Assembly (NCBI GenBank): GCA_963832745.1
Contig: CAWHVC010000005.1
Span: 544,001 to 608,000 of the forward strand
Source: Candidatus Bathyarchaeota archaeon
GTDB taxonomy: Archaea > Thermoproteota > Bathyarchaeia > Bathyarchaeales > Bathycorpusculaceae
Direction: 5' to 3'
Length of the DNA stretch: 64,000 bases
A program made the translations under genes and the position numbers. Under the pieces are notes generated by a model, which searched no databases, was not told the origin of the DNA, and saw only the letters and a list, made by a program, of their open reading frames with translations. Numbering within the stretch: position 1 is the first letter of the stretch; the number at the start of each line of letters is the position of its first letter. This document shows, piece by piece, positions 29,427 through 39,775 of the stretch.

Positions 29427-29968
29427 CTCTCATTTGATGATAGCTGAATTATTTTTTGAACACTTTAAACTCAAAGGGTTTCCCGTGGCCAGAAGTAAAT
29501 TTTGCCTATTTTCAGTAGTTAAGCTTTTGAACACTGACTTCATACCCTATCTTGTCAGGTACCAGTGAACCTTTTGCTGACGCTTTTTTGTTCTCAAGCT
29601 CGTTAGTATCAAAGCAGACGGTAAAGATTGTTTAGGTAGAGACTATAGAAAGTTGGGGATAGAAATAGTTGTTGTTTGTGACTGGGTTGCGCCTACAACA
29701 AGGGCTTCGACCGGAAACTGAGGGGTGATGAAATAAGCTTATTTTTTGTGTTACATGTTGAGCAAGGGCTTGATTTGCTGTTCTGAACTAAAATTGAAGG
29801 CTTCTGAAAACAAAAGGGCAGATGTTAATGGTTGAAAAAAGCGTCAGCAGCACGTTCAAAAAAGTGCCGCTCATCTTTGGAAACGAAGCAGGTTGACTGA
29901 GTTTATGCACTCCTTAGTCAACAAATACAGTTTTGCATATTCACTTTTCAGAGAGAGAGGGAAAAAGC

Positions 29969-30895
29969 ATGAGCAATTTAGTAAACCCATTAGAGGTTTT
30001 AAAATCAATTTCAGACGCAACCAGCATGCTGATTAGCAAGACAGCAAAATCCGTTGTCAGCATTAGAGCCCAAATGTCCCGCGGTACAGGCGTAGTCATC
30101 TCAAAAGACGGCTACATTGTGACCTGCAACCACGTATTAGCAGGATGCAACACCGTAAAAGTTGGTCAAGGAGAAAAAACCTTCACTGCCAAAATAGTTG
30201 GCACCGACCCATACAATGACGTTGCACTCCTCAAGGCAGAAGGAGAATGGACACCCATGGAAATGGGTGATTCAGAAAAACTCAACGTAGGTCAATACAT
30301 TTTTGCACTCGCAAACCCCTTTAACCGACCACAACCCACAGCAACCACTGGCATAGTAACTAACGCTAGCAGCACAATCCGCGGTTGGCGTGCAACACAA
30401 CTTGAAAACGTCATAGCCACGGACGCACAGCTTAACCCAGGCTTCAGCGGGGGACCACTAATCGACGTAGACGGCAAAGTTATCGGCATAAACACCGCGT
30501 ATGTTTGGCAAAGAGGCATCGCAATTCCAATAAACAAGGTTCGAACCATCGCTGACCGTTTAATGACTGGACGCACAGCCCAACGCGCATATCTAGGCAT
30601 AATCGCTAACACCGTAGCAATTCCATCAGAAATCGCTGAACAAGCAGGCTTAGAACAGGAAACAGGAGTCATGATTTTCAGCGTTGAACCAGAATCGCCC
30701 GCACGCAAAGCAGGATTAACTATGGGCGATGTGCTCGTAAAATTCAACAGTAAACCAGTAAATGAATTCTATGACTTACCAAGATTACTTGCTGAAGACG
30801 TTATCGACAAAGAAGTCAGCCTTACCATTATCCGCAGAGAAAAACTCTTGGAAGGAACAATCAAGCCAACAGCACACGGAGGGAAAGAGGATTGA
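29969..30895 (+). CDS. HtrA/DegP-type serine protease with PDZ domain
   Basis: GTGVV, TCNHV, DVALL, LNPGFSGGPL, C-terminal PDZ; no signal peptide or TM. Confidence 0.93.
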   Translation: MSNLVNPLEVLKSISDATSMLISKTAKSVVSIRAQMSRGTGVVISKDGYIVTCNHVLAGCNTVKVGQGEKTFTAKIVGTDPYNDVALLKAEGEWTPMEMGDSEKLNVGQYIFALANPFNRPQPTATTGIVTNASSTIRGWRATQLENVIATDAQLNPGFSGGPLIDVDGKVIGINTAYVWQRGIAIPINKVRTIADRLMTGRTAQRAYLGIIANTVAIPSEIAEQAGLEQETGVMIFSVEPESPARKAGLTMGDVLVKFNSKPVNEFYDLPRLLAEDVIDKEVSLTIIRREKLLEGTIKPTAHGGKED

Positions 30896-31053
30896 GTAGT
30901 AGAACATTAGAAATTGACCCGCCAGAACATCTTCCAGCGCCACCACTGCGAGGCAGTCCAACCACAACCATCCAATTCTTCAACAACCTGCCAGCAAACG
31001 GTCACAACGATCGGCCATCACTGCGGCTTTTCATCAGAAACGATTGGAATTAA
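30892..31053 (+). CDS. Possible Pro-rich microprotein (53 aa)
   Basis: TTGA overlap with protease stop; MSSRTLEIDPPEHLPAPPLRGSP... Confidence 0.3.
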   Translation: MSSRTLEIDPPEHLPAPPLRGSPTTTIQFFNNLPANGHNDRPSLRLFIRNDWN

Positions 31054-31154
31054 CAATCAGCCTTCCTAAGGAAGGAACCTTTTTTCTTTTTAAAACTATT
31101 TTTTTGTAATAGCTTATAAGCGAATATGTTTATCCATGTATTGAAGGGATTCGT

Positions 31155-31550
31155 ATGCATGCTTGGCTCGCCTTTATTTCAGGAATTTTAGTAGCTATGG
31201 CGGGACTGTTGATTTACGCGGCTGTTTCAGGCATTACATATTACGGTTTAGGTTTAGAAATGGAGACAGCTTTGGCAGCGACTTTGTTAGTGATAGCGGC
31301 GATTACGGGGTGGCTGTTTTACGCTGGTTATAAGGCGCAGTATAAACGCGTGAAGACAGGTAAAGAAGCCTTAATCGGGTCCAAAGGAGTCGCTGTGACA
31401 GACATTAAACCTAAAGGTGAAGTCCGCGTTATGGGAGAATTCTGGCAAGCTCTCACAAAAGACGGCGTCATCGCTAACGGTGAAACAGTAGAGGTCCTTG
31501 GAATGGAAGGCATGTTTCTGGTCGTTAAAGCAAGCAAGGACAAAACTTAA
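31155..31550 (+). CDS. Short NfeD-family protein
   Basis: Two TM helices, TGKEALIG, GEVRVMGEFWQA; adjacent to stomatin. Confidence 0.9.
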   Translation: MHAWLAFISGILVAMAGLLIYAAVSGITYYGLGLEMETALAATLLVIAAITGWLFYAGYKAQYKRVKTGKEALIGSKGVAVTDIKPKGEVRVMGEFWQALTKDGVIANGETVEVLGMEGMFLVVKASKDKT

Positions 31551-31591
31551 CTCTCTAAAGCGCCCAATACCAATATTGAGAGTGTTAATAT

Positions 31592-32452
31592 TTGGTTGAT
31601 GTTTTAACTCCAATTCTAATAATCGTAGGTATTGCTCTTGCCATTTTCTTGTTAAGTGGAATACGTGTACTGCGTGAATGGGAAAGAATGCCAGTGTTGC
31701 GTCTTGGTCGCTACATGGGATTGAAAGGACCAGGAGTAATTTACCTGATTCCTTTAATTGACCGTGCACCAATCCGCATCTCTACACGGCTTGACACTAT
31801 CCAATTCCGCACCGAATCAACATTAACCAAAGACAATGTACCCGTAAATGTTGATTCCGTCCTATACATGAAACCTGTTGACCTGGAAAAAGCTGTACTA
31901 CAGGTTGAAAATTACTATCAAGCGACCCAGTTAGCAGCACAAACCACACTTAGAGAAGTCATCGGTAAAGTCAGCTTAAACGACCTACTTGCTGAACGAG
32001 AAAAAGTTGGGGCACATTTAAGAGAAATTATTGACGAAAAAACTGAAGCATGGGGAATTAAAGCCACAGCTGTAGAAGTTAGAGACGTTATAATCCCAGG
32101 AAACCTTCAAGACGCCATGAGTCGCCAAGCCCAAGCTGAACGGGAACGCATCGCCAGAGTAACTTTAGCAACAGCCGAATATGAAGCCGCACAAAAAATG
32201 ATTGAAGCAGCAAAAATGTATGAATCCAGCGCTGAAGGACTACGGCTTCGTTGGATGAACATTCTTTATGAGCTCGGGCAGCAATCTGGCACTAACACGA
32301 TAATGCTGGTTCCCTCAGTGATGCCTGAAGCTGGTTGGCCACCGGTTGGCACATATGGACTTAAAGAAATTCCGCGCGGACAAAAAGACGAAAAGGCAAG
32401 AAAAACAGCACCGCCTCCAGAACCTACCAGTGAAGAGCCAACTCAGGAATAG
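31592..32452 (+). CDS. Stomatin/slipin SPFH protein
   Basis: KGPG, TKDNVPV, AQTTLREVIG, AMSRQAQAERE. Confidence 0.93.
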   Translation: MVDVLTPILIIVGIALAIFLLSGIRVLREWERMPVLRLGRYMGLKGPGVIYLIPLIDRAPIRISTRLDTIQFRTESTLTKDNVPVNVDSVLYMKPVDLEKAVLQVENYYQATQLAAQTTLREVIGKVSLNDLLAEREKVGAHLREIIDEKTEAWGIKATAVEVRDVIIPGNLQDAMSRQAQAERERIARVTLATAEYEAAQKMIEAAKMYESSAEGLRLRWMNILYELGQQSGTNTIMLVPSVMPEAGWPPVGTYGLKEIPRGQKDEKARKTAPPPEPTSEEPTQE

Positions 32453-32549
32453 CCAACAAAACGTGTAAGTTATCCTTTAATTTTTCTTTTTTTAAAAATT
32501 TAAGCTAAGCTTAATTTATCTCTCAAACCAAATTGCATACAGACCGCTT

Positions 32550-34175
32550 ATGTCACAAAGCACGTTAACAGTCGGCGAACACCTTCTTAACGAAGTAAAA
32601 GGTTTGGGCGTACACAGGGTTTACGGCATTCCAGGGGACATGGTAATCAAGTTTTTCAAGCTACTTGAGGACGACAAGAATATTGAGCTCTGTACTTTTT
32701 CGCATGAACAAGCGGCTGGTTTTGCGGCTGTGGCAGATGGGAGGGCTTTAAGAAAACCTGCAGTTGCAGTAGTCACTTATGGACCAGGTGTGCTTAATGT
32801 GGTTAATGCGGTTGCGTGTGCTTACGCGGAACGTGCGCCGCTTGTTTTGATTGCGGGAGGTCCACCGTTAAGTGCAAGAAAGGGTGATTTCTTTTTGCAT
32901 CATACGGTAAAAAGCTGCACTTCAATGCTTAAAGCAGTCTCCGAAATTACGGCGAAAGCGGTACTGCTTGATAATCCCGAAACAGCCCAAGCAGAAATTA
33001 CAGAGGCACTAACGGTTTGTCAAGAGCAGATGCTTCCAGTTTACATAGAAATTCCAGCAGACATGGTTAACCAAAAAATTAGCATAAATCCGCCAAGCTG
33101 CAAATCATCTGTTAAACAAAGCAACGTTAAACAGGCTGCAAACCTGATTATTCAACGCTTACTTCATGCAGAAAAACCCGTTGTTATGTTAGGTATTGAA
33201 TCCGACCGTTTTGATTTAAAACCGCAGGTTTTACAGTTTGCAAAAAACCTTAACTTGCCAGTTGTTTCAACTGTGCTTGCACGCGACCACGTAACTAACG
33301 ACGACGAAAACTATTTTGGAACCTATTTGGGAGTCGCCGGAAATCCTGTTGCTGATAGGCTTGTAGCAGAGTCTGACCTTGTGCTGATTTTGGGCGAGAT
33401 GCTTTCGGATGTGAATCTAGGGGCAAAATTGGCGGCTACAAAACGTGGCAGAATTGTTTGGTGCTTTTCACAAGAAGTAAACATTCAAGATAAAAAATTG
33501 ACAAACGTGCCACTTACAAATCTCGTTTTGGAGCTGGAAAAAGCCAACGCTGAACCTAAAGCCGCAGCATTACCCAGAAAGATGCCGTTGCAGGTTAATA
33601 GGACATGCAAAACCACTGCTCAACCGCTCATAATAGGAGAAATAATAGATGCGGTAAACTGGCTTTTTAGTGAATACGGCGAAATGCCCGTCATAGCGGA
33701 CACGGGGGATTGCCTCTTTTCGACTTTAAACATTCAGACGTTCTCTGTTGTGGCGCCTTCATTTTATGGCACGATGGGTTTTGCTGTACCGGCAGCCATT
33801 GGATACCAGCTTGCAACCCAGAAGCGCCCACTTGTGCTTGTCGGAGATGGCGGCTTCCAAATGACGGGACAAGAAATCTGCCATTGCCCACGATACAAAA
33901 TCAACCCCATCTTTATCATCATCAATAACAGGCGGTGGGGCATGGAACAACTTTTTCATCCTGATGCACGATTCAATGAACTTGTTAATTGGCCTTACGC
34001 ACAGTTGGCTGACTTGTGGGGCGGCAAAGGCTACCGTTGCGAAAACTGTGAACAACTTTACAATGCGTTAAAAGATGCACAAAAGCAGGAGTGCTTCACG
34101 CTCATTGAAGCGGTTACTGAACGAGATGAACTGTCTAAAGAGTTGATGGCGTGGATTACGGAACAAAAGGGGTAA
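32550..34175 (+). CDS. Indolepyruvate/phenylpyruvate decarboxylase (TPP-dependent)
   Basis: GIPGD, SHE, LHH, GDGGFQMTGQE...NN TPP motif. Confidence 0.88.
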   Translation: MSQSTLTVGEHLLNEVKGLGVHRVYGIPGDMVIKFFKLLEDDKNIELCTFSHEQAAGFAAVADGRALRKPAVAVVTYGPGVLNVVNAVACAYAERAPLVLIAGGPPLSARKGDFFLHHTVKSCTSMLKAVSEITAKAVLLDNPETAQAEITEALTVCQEQMLPVYIEIPADMVNQKISINPPSCKSSVKQSNVKQAANLIIQRLLHAEKPVVMLGIESDRFDLKPQVLQFAKNLNLPVVSTVLARDHVTNDDENYFGTYLGVAGNPVADRLVAESDLVLILGEMLSDVNLGAKLAATKRGRIVWCFSQEVNIQDKKLTNVPLTNLVLELEKANAEPKAAALPRKMPLQVNRTCKTTAQPLIIGEIIDAVNWLFSEYGEMPVIADTGDCLFSTLNIQTFSVVAPSFYGTMGFAVPAAIGYQLATQKRPLVLVGDGGFQMTGQEICHCPRYKINPIFIIINNRRWGMEQLFHPDARFNELVNWPYAQLADLWGGKGYRCENCEQLYNALKDAQKQECFTLIEAVTERDELSKELMAWITEQKG

Positions 34176-34187
34176 AAAATGGCTGGG

Positions 34188-35210
34188 TTAAGCAGTTTTT
34201 ACTGCTTCAACTGTGCGTTTTAGAACCAAGGCGGCGGCGTCTTGATTTGGCCAACTGCCTAAGCCGCAGTCGGGACCTGTAAAGGTGAGGGTTTCGCCGT
34301 ATTTTTCTTGGGCGTAAAGGTAACGTTTCTTTATTGTCTCCACCGGCTCAACAAGTTGTTCGTTCGTGGGTTTTTCAAAGCCTTTCTCGTTTTGTTCAGC
34401 CCAAATCGAGTCAATATCAGTTCTAGAGATGCCAACGCGAATCTGTTTATTCGCGTCTTCAATCATACTTTTTGATACGTCGTTAATGTTTCTTGGGGAA
34501 GCAGCATACTCAAAAGATAGCACGTCTAAGCCTCTTACGTTAAGCAAGTTACGGATTCCACCGGTGAAATGCAAGTGTATCTGCCGTGTTGGCCCCTGAA
34601 AATCGTAAGCTTTCTCTAATGTTTCAACTATCAGTTCCGGCGTGGCAGTCAAGTTAGTGTGACCATAGCTGGGTTCATCAATTGAGATTACCCTTGTCTC
34701 AACATATTTACTGTTTAGGATAGCGTTTTTTGCGTAGCGGTTGATTGTTTGTGCAAACCCATCTAGCACGTCGGGGTAAGCGACGGCGCCAACCTCATGC
34801 AGATACTGCTCTAAGGGGCCAAAAATGGAGACGCGTAGCATGATTTTTTTGCCAAACTCTTCACTTAACTCCTTAGCGTACTTGTTTAGAACGTAAACTT
34901 CAGGCAAAACAGCCGTGTTTTTATCAACAACAAAGGAACCCTTAGCCATTGCTTCATGAACAGCGTCGCCGACTTGCCTTAAACCGCTAAACTGCTGTGG
35001 AAAATTAACAACATCCAAGCCGCATTGAAGCTTTTTTCTGAAAGAGTCAACCACCACTTGGCAAAAGTTTTTTTGCATAAATTCATCGACGGTGGGGTCT
35101 TGACCGTTTATGATTGCTTCTCTTGTTTTTAGGTAAGCTTCTGCAAATGTTTCCCGTTTAACGCCAATGGGTAAGGGGAAACTGCCGACATCATCAATTA
35201 AGGGTTCCAT
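34188..35210 (-). CDS. Cobalamin-independent methionine synthase-like catalytic domain
   Basis: DDVGSFP, IDEP, QIHLH, GPDCGL. Confidence 0.7.
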   Translation of the reverse strand: MEPLIDDVGSFPLPIGVKRETFAEAYLKTREAIINGQDPTVDEFMQKNFCQVVVDSFRKKLQCGLDVVNFPQQFSGLRQVGDAVHEAMAKGSFVVDKNTAVLPEVYVLNKYAKELSEEFGKKIMLRVSIFGPLEQYLHEVGAVAYPDVLDGFAQTINRYAKNAILNSKYVETRVISIDEPSYGHTNLTATPELIVETLEKAYDFQGPTRQIHLHFTGGIRNLLNVRGLDVLSFEYAASPRNINDVSKSMIEDANKQIRVGISRTDIDSIWAEQNEKGFEKPTNEQLVEPVETIKKRYLYAQEKYGETLTFTGPDCGLGSWPNQDAAALVLKRTVEAVKTA

Positions 35211-35628
35211 GAAACAAAAAATGTGTGAATTCTATTAAATGTAATGCAACTATTCACCCTGACAAAAAGGTGATTTAATCAGCAGTAGAGGACCAGCAAG
35301 GCTGGCGTCTTTTCGCTTACAGCACCGCTGGAAGGTGACTCGTTGGATTACATAGTAAACCATTATCTTCTGTTCTTTAGAGGAGAATAACTTGCCAGTT
35401 TTTGGGGTCAAAAAACGCCAAACTGACAGTTAACAGACACCAACAAAAGTCAATTGAAGTCTAAAGAAGGCAGCGAAGGCACTGAACACCAAAATGTGGT
35501 CGGGCTCTATCATGACCATTAAAGTAGGGATTTTTCTATTTTTCACGCTTCAATTTTTAAAAACAGCACAATAGCATACGCCCATAAACAATTTTGGGCT
35601 TAAAAAAGAATCAAAAAAAGCAGTGAAA

Positions 35629-35680
35629 TTCAACATACTTTTTGCTTGATTTTCAACCATTAGCACCTACCCCCCTTAGT
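35629..35680 (+). repeat. Dispersed intergenic repeat, copy C (5' half)
   Basis: TTCAACATA...TTTTCAACCATTAGCACCTACCCCCCTTAGT matches 50058-50109. Confidence 0.75.
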
Positions 35681-35803
35681 AAACTGTAGATTTACACCGC
35701 TACCTTTTCTGCAATGAAAAATTGATCCAAAAGAAAATAAATCAACGTTAAAAAGACAAAAAAACCAGCGAAATAATGTATTGACCCTAAATTTTTCAAT
35801 TTT

Positions 35804-35896
35804 AAGTGGGAATTCTATTGTAAACTTTGTTCCTTTCCGTTCTTGGCTTTCAAAAGTTACTTTGCCGTGAAGCGCTTCAATTAACCGTTTAACAGC
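35804..35896 (-). pseudogene. Remnant of a histidine kinase C-terminus
   Basis: Translates AVKRLIEALHGKVTFESQERKGTKFTIEFPL, versus VVKKLVEALNGYISFETKPEKGTTFILELPL at the end of 36791..39097. Confidence 0.8.
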
Positions 35897-35946
35897 TTTA
35901 CGTAAACTGAAAAAAATTATAGCTAATTGTTTAGATTATTTCTTTT

Positions 35947-36642
35947 TTATGCTGCAGGTTGCATAAAGTTAGATTTGCTGTTGTTATAGTATGCTGCTAC
36001 ATGTTTAACGGCTTTAGAAGTTTGGTAGAGCTTGCTAATATTATTCATTAACTGATAAGCTGCTTTTAACGCCAAGTTTAGGTTATTGGTAGTTAAAAAT
36101 TTTGCTTCGATGTTAAGCGCCGTTCCTTGGATGTCTGCAGAGATTTGGATCCCACCATCGTCTGTAACCCATTTTAATGTGACGCCCCGACTGGTTTCCG
36201 ATATGCCCAACCAACGAAGCAATCCAAACCAGCGGCCTTTAAGGTCATCGATAACCTGCTGTGTCATCAGGTCAGAGGGCAAATAAGTTTGTAGCAGTGT
36301 AGAGGTGTGTTCTTCTTTGGGTGCGCTATGGTTAAGTTTTAGTTTAGTTATTTTCGGGGTTACACTGTAGCCTTGGGAACTTTTTTTGATGATGCCTTCA
36401 TCTTCAAGACGCGTTAATACTCTGGACAAGGTTTCTGGATGGATACCACAGCGCCTTTTTAATCCATCGAAAGTGAATAGTGTTAGGTCTTCTTTTTCGA
36501 TGAGCGAAAGCACGTCAGTGTCTCGTTCATTTAAAGAGTAACCTGTGGGCAGAAATTGCCAATCGACATTCAGGATTGGTATCATTAAATTATTACTTTG
36601 GGCGTTATGAGACTTTTGAATGTTGTCCCCCAAGAGCACCAT
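35947..36642 (-). CDS. Winged-HTH domain protein
   Basis: FTFDGLKRRCGIHPETLSRVLTRLEDEGII. Confidence 0.75.
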   Translation of the reverse strand: MVLLGDNIQKSHNAQSNNLMIPILNVDWQFLPTGYSLNERDTDVLSLIEKEDLTLFTFDGLKRRCGIHPETLSRVLTRLEDEGIIKKSSQGYSVTPKITKLKLNHSAPKEEHTSTLLQTYLPSDLMTQQVIDDLKGRWFGLLRWLGISETSRGVTLKWVTDDGGIQISADIQGTALNIEAKFLTTNNLNLALKAAYQLMNNISKLYQTSKAVKHVAAYYNNSKSNFMQPAA

Positions 36643-36790
36643 TTCCGATGGAAAAACTAAGAGCTGAAATTCAGTTTCAAAAATAGAAAAGCTAAAGAGT
36701 ATAAATAAACATAAAATAGTTAAACCCAGCAGTAGGGTAAAGACTGGGGTAACCTGATTGTTCTATAAAAAACAAAAAATCTGAAAAATT

Positions 36791-39097
36791 ATGCCGTTTA
36801 AAATGAACAGAGAGCTAGAGGTAGCAACGAAAAATACTGATACACTCACAATAAAGGCTGAAGGAAATGGTTTTAACAAAATCAGCCAACTATTCAACCA
36901 AACAGGCATGGTTGCCACTTACAATAAACTTGTATGCCTAAAGGATGGGCAACCAGTAGATTATATTATCCTAAACGTAAACAGCGCGTTTGAAAAATTG
37001 ACGGGCCTTACTAAAACCGCAGTTTTAGGCAAACGCTTCACAGAAGTTATCCCACAGGAACCCAACGAAATGCTGTCTGACCGAATAGGTATCTTTGCAA
37101 ACGTGGCTTTAACTGGTGTACCAGCCGAGTCGGAACAATTCATTAAATTTTTTCAAAAATGGTTTCATATTCATGTTTATAGTCCCGAAAAAGGATACTT
37201 TTTGGAGTTAATGCAGGATATAACTGAAAGAAAAAGTTTTGAAGCCACTTTAGGTTTAAGCATAAAAAACATTAAACTGTTAACTGCCCAAGAAAATGGT
37301 ATTTGGATTCTAGACGCTCAAGGCATAACTACTTTTGTAAACTCGAAGATGGCAAACATGCTGGGCTATAGTGTTAACGAACTCGTCGGAAAGGATTTTT
37401 GGAGTTTTTTTGATGAGCACGCTAAAGCTATTGCAGGTGAAGCTGGATTGCCATTTAAGCTGTTTAAAAGTAAACGGTTAGAACTTGAGTTTCTACATAG
37501 CAATGGCTTACCAGTGTACGTTTTGGTTGAAGCATCGGAAGTAATCGGTGAACAAGGAGAATTTAAAGGATTAGTGCTAAACATTACTGACGTCTCTGAC
37601 CGAAAACATATTGAACAGGCGATTCTGAAGAGCAAAAAAAAGTACAGTGACCTTTTTCAACATTTAACCGACGGGTTTGCTTGTTGTCAAGTGCATTTTG
37701 ACAAAAACGGGCTACCGATTGACTGCAGTTTTTCAGATGTTAATAGCGCCTTTAGAGAGTTAACAGGCGTCAAGGATAAACCTATTCTTGGAAGAAAAAT
37801 AAGTGAAGTCTTTCCAGCGTTAAAACAGTTATTTCCCGACTGGCAAAAGATTTACAGTAAAGTAGCTGTTAAAGGAAAAACTGTAAGTATAGAAAAACAT
37901 GTTTCCAAACCAGAAAAATGGTTTGCTGTTAAAGTGTATTGTCCAGAAAAAGGATACTTAGCCATCATTCTTCAAGACATTACTCAACATAAAAAAGCTG
38001 TGTCAGCTTTAAAACAAAGTGAGAAGCAATACAAAAAACTTGCAAACAGCATAACTGACTTGTTCTTTGCTGTTGACGCCAGCCTAAAATTCACTTACTG
38101 GAACAGTGCAAGTGAACGTTTCACCGGCGTAAACGCTAATGAAGCTGTTGGCCAAAGGGTTTACAAAGTTTTTGGCAGAACCAAAACCACCAGACGTGCA
38201 GTCAAGGTTTTTCTTGACGTCATGCGTACACACAGGGTACAAACTTTTAATGACCAAATGCCTAAAGGCAACTTAGACAGCATGTTTGAAATGCGCGTTT
38301 ACCCAACTGGAAACGGAATTTCAGTGTTTGCCCGAGACATAACTGAACGATTAAAACTTCAGCAGACATTGGAGCAGTACATGGCTCATCTTGAGGAACT
38401 GGTTAAAACACGCACAGAGAAGCTAAAAGGTGTTGAACGCCTCGCGGCTATAGGTGAAACAGCAGGCATGATAGGCCATGACATTCGTAATCCATTGCAG
38501 TCAATAATTGGAGAAGTTTATTTAGCTAAAGATGAACTTACACAGTTGCCCGAAGGCTTAAACAAAAGCAGTCTTACAGAAAGCATCACCTCAATTGAAG
38601 AACAGACAAATTACATAAACAAAATTGTAACTGACCTACAGGATTACGCTAAATCCTTAGAGCCCCAGTTTCAAGAGGTAGATTTAGAAGCAGAAATTCA
38701 AAATGTCCTTACAAATCTTGACGTACCTGAAAACGTCAAGGTTTCATATTGCCTTGGAGAACCCATTAGAAAACTAAAGACAGACGCATCCTTCATTAAA
38801 CGAATACTAACTAATTTGACTCTTAATGGGCTGCAAGCAATGCCTAACGGCGGAGACCTCACGATTTACGCGGTTTTAAGGGTTAACAGGGTGATTATCG
38901 CTGTTTCTGATACGGGCGTTGGAATACCTGAAGAGGTTAAAGACAAAATTTTCAAGCCGCTATTCACTACCAAATCTAAAGGTCAAGGCTTCGGGTTGGC
39001 AGTGGTAAAAAAGCTGGTTGAAGCCTTAAATGGTTACATATCGTTTGAAACAAAACCTGAAAAGGGAACCACTTTTATTTTGGAGCTTCCCCTTTAG
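36791..39097 (+). CDS. Soluble multi-PAS sensor histidine kinase
   Basis: Four PAS-like repeats ending DITER/DVSDR, H-box GHDIRNPL, DTGVGI, GQGFGL. Confidence 0.93.
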   Translation: MPFKMNRELEVATKNTDTLTIKAEGNGFNKISQLFNQTGMVATYNKLVCLKDGQPVDYIILNVNSAFEKLTGLTKTAVLGKRFTEVIPQEPNEMLSDRIGIFANVALTGVPAESEQFIKFFQKWFHIHVYSPEKGYFLELMQDITERKSFEATLGLSIKNIKLLTAQENGIWILDAQGITTFVNSKMANMLGYSVNELVGKDFWSFFDEHAKAIAGEAGLPFKLFKSKRLELEFLHSNGLPVYVLVEASEVIGEQGEFKGLVLNITDVSDRKHIEQAILKSKKKYSDLFQHLTDGFACCQVHFDKNGLPIDCSFSDVNSAFRELTGVKDKPILGRKISEVFPALKQLFPDWQKIYSKVAVKGKTVSIEKHVSKPEKWFAVKVYCPEKGYLAIILQDITQHKKAVSALKQSEKQYKKLANSITDLFFAVDASLKFTYWNSASERFTGVNANEAVGQRVYKVFGRTKTTRRAVKVFLDVMRTHRVQTFNDQMPKGNLDSMFEMRVYPTGNGISVFARDITERLKLQQTLEQYMAHLEELVKTRTEKLKGVERLAAIGETAGMIGHDIRNPLQSIIGEVYLAKDELTQLPEGLNKSSLTESITSIEEQTNYINKIVTDLQDYAKSLEPQFQEVDLEAEIQNVLTNLDVPENVKVSYCLGEPIRKLKTDASFIKRILTNLTLNGLQAMPNGGDLTIYAVLRVNRVIIAVSDTGVGIPEEVKDKIFKPLFTTKSKGQGFGLAVVKKLVEALNGYISFETKPEKGTTFILELPL

Positions 39098-39110
39098 GCA
39101 AAACAAGAGG

Positions 39111-39755
39111 TTATCTTAGGCTGGTTTTTTCGCCGGTTACGATGTAAAGTATTGATTCACAAACGTAAACTGCATGGTCAGCTATACGTTCAAGATACCG
39201 AGTCATGAGAGCACTTGAGATTACACATTTGCTGTTAACTTGCTCTTCAGTGATTAACCGTTGCAGGTGATTTAGGTACATTTTGTCTACTTCCCGTTCA
39301 GTTTGCGAGATGGTTTTAGCTAAGACAACATCATGCTTTCTAAGGGCGTCGATACTAATTTTTACCATTTGCAATACTTTTTCGCTCATTTCTTCAATGT
39401 ACACTTTTGTTGCTGGGTCACATTCTTTTAAACCATTTATTTGGTCATTTATGTATGAAATGTCAAGAGCATATCTGCCATAACGTGCAAAGTCGTAACC
39501 GATTTTCATGTAGGACTTGATGGCGCGCAGGTCTGAAGCTACTGGTTGAAAACGGGCAATAAGTTCGAAGGTGCGGTCTTCAACTTTATCAGCCATAAGC
39601 ATTAACCGGTCTGACATTTCTCGGACTTGCCCTTGAACTGTTAAACCGTCAATGTAGCCTTTAATGGATATTGATAGCGTTTGGTAGGTTAATTCACCCA
39701 TTCTTGTTAGCAGTACAGATTGTTCTTCTAATCCAATATCAATAAGTCTGTTCAT
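39111..39755 (-). CDS. phoU: Phosphate uptake regulator PhoU
   Basis: FQPVASDLR, LERIADHA; follows pstB. Confidence 0.92.
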   Translation of the reverse strand: MNRLIDIGLEEQSVLLTRMGELTYQTLSISIKGYIDGLTVQGQVREMSDRLMLMADKVEDRTFELIARFQPVASDLRAIKSYMKIGYDFARYGRYALDISYINDQINGLKECDPATKVYIEEMSEKVLQMVKISIDALRKHDVVLAKTISQTEREVDKMYLNHLQRLITEEQVNSKCVISSALMTRYLERIADHAVYVCESILYIVTGEKTSLR

Positions 39756-39775
39756 GCTTTTTCCTCAATATTTTT

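Noticed and set aside
29430-29560. Possible metallo-beta-lactamase C-terminal remnant on the minus strand (SGHGKPF)
   Set aside because: Only a 7-residue match surrounded by stops; too weak to call
28101-29930. Integrated element at tRNA-Leu
   Set aside because: No integrase and no duplicated tRNA 3' end found in the window
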